Virus record (IMG/VR): IMGVR_UViG_2808606954_000002
Location: 18,730-82,729 of that record
Strand: one strand, 5' to 3'
DNA: 64,000 nt
DNA from: a virus
Lineage: Duplodnaviria; Caudoviricetes
The notes below the pieces were generated by a model. That model saw nothing but the letters and a program-made list of their open reading frames with translations. It made no database searches and was not told where the DNA came from. The position numbers and the translations under genes are program-made. Of the stretch, positions 58,936 through 64,000 are shown in pieces. Every line of letters begins with the position of its first letter. Position 1 is the first letter of the stretch.

Positions 58936-60464
58936 CGGATATTCTTGGTCCCGGCTCCAATGCCATGAATGTGGTAACAAGCCGCCCGGACGATAAGCGG
59001 ATAATGGGCCTGACAGACACCTGGTTCAAAAACTGCTCAAGCCCGGCGAATAACGATGGCACACGCATTGATGCCGACTGGCTGAATGGGCTGGTCGCAA
59101 ACCTGCGCGCGTTGGTGCGAAATTCAGGTGTAACGGTTGATCCGCTTGCAGACGATATGTTGTGGCAGGCACAAAAATTCTGGCTCGACAAAAAGGTTGA
59201 TATTGATCGCAAGGCCACAACTGACCAAACAGGCATTGTTGAGCTGGCAACCATCCCTGAAGCCAAAGAAGGCAAGAATGGACAGTTGGCTGTGACGCCA
59301 CCCGGTCTTGTCGCAACAATCGCAGACATCATGCCACCGAGGCCGAACCTGTGCCCGAACGGCGGGTTTGAGGATGGGCTTGCCGGGATTGAGTCGTTCA
59401 GCAACGGCGTCGCAAAAAGCTTTACAGTGTCAGATAACATGTGGGGCAGGAATCTTGTTGTATCCGGGCCGCATGCAGATGGTTGGACATCTATCGTATG
59501 GCCTAAATTCGCTGTAACTCCCGGTCTTGCTTATACAATCTCTGGTGACGCGGCTTTTTTTGCGGATGCCGGGACCGTTAAATACGAATTAATTTGGTAC
59601 AGGGCCGATGGTACGGACTTAGCTTTCAGCGGCGGGGTGAAACGCGGCACGGGCGATTTCGGTTACGCATCATCCGCACGTCAAGCCATGGCCATTTCGG
59701 TTGTCGCGCCTGCCGGAGCAGTAACAGCAAGACTAAGCTGTGTTTTCGAAAACGTAAAAAACGCAACAGTTATGTGCGCGCGGCTGGCCAAAGTCGAGTT
59801 TGGCCCGCTGCCAGCTACCGCTTATACGCCACCTACGGGTAAGTCTCGGCAGCCAGCGCTCTACACCTATGTAAACAGCGGCGTGTTTACAGCCCCAGAA
59901 GGTGTCTATTTCGTGCACCTGCGCGCTTGGGGTGGCAGCGCAGGTGGTGGCGGTGCTGGGCCAAATGGTGCAGGCGGAGGCGGCGGAGGCGGCGGTTATG
60001 CTGAGGGGATCGTAGCTGTTGTGCCGGGTCAAACATACCTGATCACGATTGGTCAAGGCGGCGCGGGCGGCGCAGCGGGTGGCGGCAAAGGCGGAGATGG
60101 TGGCACAACGTCATTTGGCTCATTGTTGACCGCAACGGGTGGCCTTGGCGGTTACGGCGCGGCCAGTGGCTATGCAAATGGCGGCGCTGGAGGTGTCGGT
60201 GTGGGCGGGCAAATACAGGTGCCTGGTCAGGCCGGACAGCGCTCTATTGCGCAACGAGACCCCATCAATGGCGACGGTATTGTTTGGGTTGGTGGCCCAG
60301 GCGGCGGGGCATTTGGGTCCGGCTCTACGCACATGCTCTATGGTTCATCCTCTGGCTGGGCCGGTTGGTCGTATGGCACCGGCGGATCAGGCGGTGCGGG
60401 CGACGGCACGAACGGTTATGCGGGTGGCGTTGGACCGTCTGGCTTCCTCGCAATCGATTTTTGA
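58932..60464 (+). CDS. Tail fibre 2 (own N-terminus, tip shared with fibre 1)
   Basis: From LAVTPPGL onward identical to fibre 1 except one T/A residue. Confidence 0.88.
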   Translation: MTDILGPGSNAMNVVTSRPDDKRIMGLTDTWFKNCSSPANNDGTRIDADWLNGLVANLRALVRNSGVTVDPLADDMLWQAQKFWLDKKVDIDRKATTDQTGIVELATIPEAKEGKNGQLAVTPPGLVATIADIMPPRPNLCPNGGFEDGLAGIESFSNGVAKSFTVSDNMWGRNLVVSGPHADGWTSIVWPKFAVTPGLAYTISGDAAFFADAGTVKYELIWYRADGTDLAFSGGVKRGTGDFGYASSARQAMAISVVAPAGAVTARLSCVFENVKNATVMCARLAKVEFGPLPATAYTPPTGKSRQPALYTYVNSGVFTAPEGVYFVHLRAWGGSAGGGGAGPNGAGGGGGGGGYAEGIVAVVPGQTYLITIGQGGAGGAAGGGKGGDGGTTSFGSLLTATGGLGGYGAASGYANGGAGGVGVGGQIQVPGQAGQRSIAQRDPINGDGIVWVGGPGGGAFGSGSTHMLYGSSSGWAGWSYGTGGSGGAGDGTNGYAGGVGPSGFLAIDF

Positions 60465-60645
60465 TTTTTTGAGGTGTTGAGATGATAAAATATGCGCGCA
60501 CACATGCTGGCGTTGTCGTCGAGGTGATCGAGACAGACCAGCCGATTGACGATCTGTACCACCCCGATATTACCGCCTCATTTATGGAGGTGACGGACGA
60601 TGTTGAGCCGGGATGGACCTATACAGACGGCAAGTTGGCCGCGCC
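59287..60645 (+). repeat. Direct repeat copy 2
   Basis: See 14958-16316. Confidence 0.97.
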
Positions 60646-60937
60646 GGTGGCACCCACGCTGACAGCGCCAACGCCTGAGCAAATCCGCGCGGCCATGCCC
60701 GCAGTGTCACCACGCCAGTTCTGGCTGGCGGCGTCACGCATCAATATCACCAAGGCCGATGTTTTGGCGCTGGTGGATGCCATGGAAGACAAGCAAGCGG
60801 CGGCCGACATGCGCATTGAAGTGACAGAGACGGTGAGTTTCCAGCGCACAAACCCAGCCGTCGATCAACTGGCGACCTTGCTGAACATACCGCCGGAGCA
60901 ATTGGACAGCCTTTGGACTTGGGCCGCCCAGTTCTAG
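60482..60937 (+). CDS. Tail-fibre-associated protein 2
   Basis: N-terminus homologous to 16153-16713; unrelated C-terminus (VSPRQFWLA..LDSLW). Confidence 0.65.
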   Translation: MIKYARTHAGVVVEVIETDQPIDDLYHPDITASFMEVTDDVEPGWTYTDGKLAAPVAPTLTAPTPEQIRAAMPAVSPRQFWLAASRINITKADVLALVDAMEDKQAAADMRIEVTETVSFQRTNPAVDQLATLLNIPPEQLDSLWTWAAQF

Positions 60938-61070
60938 CCGGGTGGTCAGGGTGCGATAACACCCTAACGACGGGCCAGATTTGCCGTCACGACCCGTCTG
61001 ACAGCAACACACGATAACTGTCACACCCGTACCCTGCAGGGCGGGGCCTTAGTGACTGAGTCGTGAGATT

Positions 61071-61889
61071 TTGGAAATGGTAAATCGTGAACTATCGCGT
61101 GATGTTCCCAACACCCAGCCGCCTGCCGCTTGGATTGGCGGCAAGCGCACCCTTGCTCCACGTCTGGTCAAGATGATCGAGCAGGTGTCACACAAGACCT
61201 ACGCCGAGCCTTTCGTCGGCATGGGTGGTGTGTTCTTTCGTCGTCGGCAAGCGCCCAGGACAGAAGTGATCAATGATCGTAGCGGTGATGTGGTCAATCT
61301 GTTCCGTATTCTTCAGCGGCACTATCCGCAGTTCATGGACACGCTCAAATTCCAGATCACCAGCCGTCGCGAGTTTGAACGGCTGAAGGCCTGCGATCCC
61401 GCAACGCTTACTGATCTGGAACGCGCTGCGCGCTTCATCTATCTGCAAAAGCTGGCCTTTGGCGGCAAGGTGTCGGGGCAGAATTTCGGGGTGCAACACA
61501 GTGGCAGTGCCCGCTTCAACCTGACGCGCCTGGCACCGCTGTTGGAAGATGTTCATGAGCGCCTCGCTGGCGTCGTCATCGAGAACCTCGACTGGCTGGC
61601 CTTCATCAACCGCTATGATCGGCCGGGCGTGCTGTTCTATCTCGACCCGCCGTATTTTGGCTCAGAAGATGACTATGGCAAGGCGCTGTTTGGGCGCGAT
61701 CAGTTCGAAGTCATGGCTGATCGGCTCAAAAGCCTTCAGGGCCGCTTTATTTTGTCGATCAATGATCGGCCGGAGATCCGCGACATCTTCGCAGGGTTTC
61801 CGGTGGAAGGTGCCGAGCTGACCTATTCGGTGTCGGGAGGCAAAGGGACCGAGGCGCGGGAGCTGATCTTCAAATCCGGGGTGGTTTGA
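61071..61889 (+). CDS. DNA adenine methyltransferase (D12/Dam-like)
   Basis: WIGGKR, YAEPFVGMGGVF, EVIND and FYLDPPY motifs. Confidence 0.92.
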   Translation: MEMVNRELSRDVPNTQPPAAWIGGKRTLAPRLVKMIEQVSHKTYAEPFVGMGGVFFRRRQAPRTEVINDRSGDVVNLFRILQRHYPQFMDTLKFQITSRREFERLKACDPATLTDLERAARFIYLQKLAFGGKVSGQNFGVQHSGSARFNLTRLAPLLEDVHERLAGVVIENLDWLAFINRYDRPGVLFYLDPPYFGSEDDYGKALFGRDQFEVMADRLKSLQGRFILSINDRPEIRDIFAGFPVEGAELTYSVSGGKGTEARELIFKSGVV

Positions 61890-62112
61890 ACGGGTTTCAA
61901 GGCGTCTTCAAATGGTCTTCGAAGAGGGTTTTAGAAATCGAAAAATCCTTCAAAAATGGCAGAATTTGAAGACGGCAATGGTTTTGCTCGGATGATTCGA
62001 TATTGCCGAGATGCAGCCAAAGCAGTTCTGTTGTGGCCGATCAAAAGAACCCGGTTGCTGGGCTTGGCGCGGGCGTGGAGCGATGGTGTGGTCATCAACA
62101 AAGGAGATGACA

Positions 62113-62334
62113 ATGAAAGATGAAAACAAAAACATCGCATTCAGCGCCATGATCAAGGCCATGCAGCACGAAGCGACGGACTTGATGGATAGGATCGACA
62201 TTGCCGCAGTCGATATGAGTGAGGGACGCCGCAACGGGGCGGTTGGGGCTTTATGCATCGTTGACGAAAGCTTGGAGCGTATTGCGTCCTTGCTATCCGC
62301 CGTCAGGGTTATTCACCGGATGACACCGTTCTGA
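62113..62334 (+). CDS. Small hypothetical protein
   Basis: SD AAGGAG; 73 aa; followed by a terminator. Confidence 0.6.
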   Translation: MKDENKNIAFSAMIKAMQHEATDLMDRIDIAAVDMSEGRRNGAVGALCIVDESLERIASLLSAVRVIHRMTPF

Positions 62335-62356
62335 GCCAACCCGGATTATTCAAACC

Positions 62357-62383
62357 AAAAGCCCCGGCATGACCGGGGCTTTT
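62357..62383. terminator. Intrinsic terminator
   Basis: AAAAGCCCCGG-catga-CCGGGGCTTTT. Confidence 0.85.
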
Positions 62384-62574
62384 ACGGAGAAAGGTATATT
62401 TTAAGACCTGTGGAAGGTGCTAGGCTGACATATAGATATCTAATGGCAGAGGTATCCGGGCGAAGGAACTGTCCTCCTGTTGTTATCGTTGTCGATCCAT
62501 ATAGAAGGTTAGACTCGCTTGTGATTATCGCTAATACTCTTGAAAATTGATTCTGGTCGTTTCGGGGGTGTAAA

Positions 62575-63501
62575 ATGGCAAAGGAAGTCACGAAGAAAAT
62601 ACTGCAAACCAAGCTTGCAATTTCTGAGCGGGCGTTTCGCACTAATCAAAATCCAAGGCTTTCCATTAAAGAGGCGATAGTCGCGATTAATGAAAAATTC
62701 AAAACACAGGCGGAGCGACGCGCTCCGTCCGGTGAGAGGATTGTTGAATGTCGCTCCTACAGGCCTGTAGAAGGAGTGCTAGGCATGTACCTGGTAGGGT
62801 ATGTTCCTGATGACAAGATGGGGATAGTGCCTCAAAATCAAGAGGCTCTCGATCTTTTGCCGGCACCCGAAGGCACGGAGTTCCTTGATGGAGAGCTTAT
62901 GGCACTTATAAGTGATGAAGCGGTTATAGTTTGTCGCTTGGGACTATATGAAAGTGCTTTAAATTCTTACATCGGCTTTTTGGGGCAAAAAGCTGGACTC
63001 GACAAAGACGACTCTGCCTTCATTTTCAAAAATCGCACAGACGTAGATAAACTTAAATTAATCAAAGATGACGGCGTTGCTTCAATTCGCTTTGACGGAG
63101 TTGCCAGTGAGGCTGCCATTAAAAATACTGATAACGGAGCGGATAAATCGTACGTTCAGAAACTAATGGCATCGGTATGGGAAGAGATTCAGGCGTTGAC
63201 ATATGGTGGTGAAACTGAACGAGAGATTGAAAACTTGAAATTAGAAGTTCTTTTGAAATTTGATAAACGTAGCGGCACTACAATTGATCAAGCAGAAATT
63301 CAGGATGTTGCTGAACATATTGCAGATGGGGATGATGGATTCACAATTACGACCCTTAGCGGTCGTACTATCAAACCGAATGATGTCCTTCTAAATAAAA
63401 AGGTGAGCTTAAAAAAGTATGGAAAGTCGGTCGCTTTCGAGGAAGTTTTTGGAGAGATGTTGAAATATCACAAAGAACTCACGGCACCAAATCAGGTTTA
63501 A
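62575..63501 (+). CDS. AT-rich soluble hypothetical protein (308 aa)
   Basis: Low-GC ORF, 1 nt before the next gene. Confidence 0.75.
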   Translation: MAKEVTKKILQTKLAISERAFRTNQNPRLSIKEAIVAINEKFKTQAERRAPSGERIVECRSYRPVEGVLGMYLVGYVPDDKMGIVPQNQEALDLLPAPEGTEFLDGELMALISDEAVIVCRLGLYESALNSYIGFLGQKAGLDKDDSAFIFKNRTDVDKLKLIKDDGVASIRFDGVASEAAIKNTDNGADKSYVQKLMASVWEEIQALTYGGETEREIENLKLEVLLKFDKRSGTTIDQAEIQDVAEHIADGDDGFTITTLSGRTIKPNDVLLNKKVSLKKYGKSVAFEEVFGEMLKYHKELTAPNQV

Positions 63502-63502
63502 T

Positions 63503-64000
63503 ATGCCTATACAACGAAGAAGAAAAATGCCGCTCATTTTCGGTGCGATCTCAATTGGGTTTGGGATTGCGGCGGCATGGTTTGGGCAAGACTTGATCCA
63601 TGATAACGATGATGCTCGCGATCTTATCGTTACTGTGTTTTCAATTCTCGCTGGTTTTCTTATTGCCGTCATGACCCTATTGGGTGACCAATCTTTATTG
63701 CCGGGTTCGTGGCGGTTCGCGCAGCTACAGCGGGATAACATAAGAGCGAAACTGATACGTCAGAAATGGCTCTTTTATTTTTATCTCATAACTTTGAGTT
63801 TGATTTTTATTCGTACTTTGATTGGAACTAGAGCTCCTGAACTGGCTTCATGGTTGGAAAGAGTTTATTTTGGCTTCGCTACCAGTTCATTCATTTTTTC
63901 ATTTTTGCTTCCTTCAACTCTGATGCAAGTTCAATCGGACCGTATTGATGCAGTGATTGGTGCCAGACGAGCAAGCGCGTCAAAATTGGATAAAAACTGA
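63503..64000 (+). CDS. AT-rich multi-pass membrane protein (165 aa)
   Basis: About four hydrophobic segments; stop at 63998-64000. Confidence 0.75.
   Translation: MPIQRRRKMPLIFGAISIGFGIAAAWFGQDLIHDNDDARDLIVTVFSILAGFLIAVMTLLGDQSLLPGSWRFAQLQRDNIRAKLIRQKWLFYFYLITLSLIFIRTLIGTRAPELASWLERVYFGFATSSFIFSFLLPSTLMQVQSDRIDAVIGARRASASKLDKN

Larger units (their letters stand above)
14958..59286. mobile_element. Putative 44,329-bp repABC phage-plasmid unit bounded by direct repeats in tail-fibre genes
   Basis: Contains lysis, repABC, hicAB, early genes, cI/cro, replication, terminase, head and tail genes; no integrase-like ORF recognised; flanked by near-identical direct repeats. Confidence 0.7.
59287..61889 (+). 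mobile_element. Probable original right end of the Mu-like prophage (fibre tip, fibre-associated protein, Dam-like methylase)
   Basis: A DNA-modification gene after the fibre genes occupies the mom position of Mu-like phages; the exact terminus was not resolved. Confidence 0.55.

Noticed and set aside
14958-60464. Diversity-generating retroelement (TR/VR) explanation for the duplicated fibre tip
   Set aside because: No reverse transcriptase ORF. Both copies are in full coding genes, the repeat is far longer than a TR/VR, and the three differences (C/T, G/A, A/G) are not adenine-specific.
61890-62112. Mu right terminus (TTGAA/TTCAA-rich inverted motifs, several possible ..CA ends)
   Set aside because: The left end and target duplication are outside the window, so no end can be supported.
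1-64000. CRISPR arrays, tRNA/rRNA genes, IS elements, integrase
   Set aside because: No regularly spaced repeat-spacer units, RNA-gene signatures, transposase or recombinase motifs were recognised by eye; tRNAscan and profile searches would confirm.

Overview
The window looks alphaproteobacterial (Rhizobiaceae-like, inferred from the repABC replicon and a GTTC-N7-GTTC LexA box) and is almost entirely phage-derived. It holds two complete contractile-tail morphogenesis modules on the + strand. (1) 1-16.7 kb: the head and tail half of a Mu-like prophage. (2) 40.7-60.9 kb: a lambda-type head (gpA terminase, lambda portal, Clp-capsid fusion) joined to a Mu-type tail. Between them lie a lysis cassette, an intact-looking repABC replicon (parS palindrome, ctRNA), a hicAB cassette bounded by 44-bp direct repeats, and a lambdoid early/immunity/replication region with no recognisable integrase. 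The two tail-fibre genes share a colinear 1178-bp 3' segment (14958-16135 vs 59287-60464, 3 substitutions) exactly 44,329 bp apart. Looping out that interval gives a circular, integrase-less, repABC-maintained lambdoid phage-plasmid with canonical gene order. It also restores a normal Mu-like right end (fibre, fibre-associated protein, Dam-like methylase). The best reading is a repABC phage-plasmid co-integrated into a Mu-like prophage through a shared tail-fibre tip; a mis-join at the repeat must be excluded. The window ends with an AT-rich two-gene candidate defence pair. No rRNA, tRNA or CRISPR array was seen. Family assignments come from motif recognition and synteny, not database searches.
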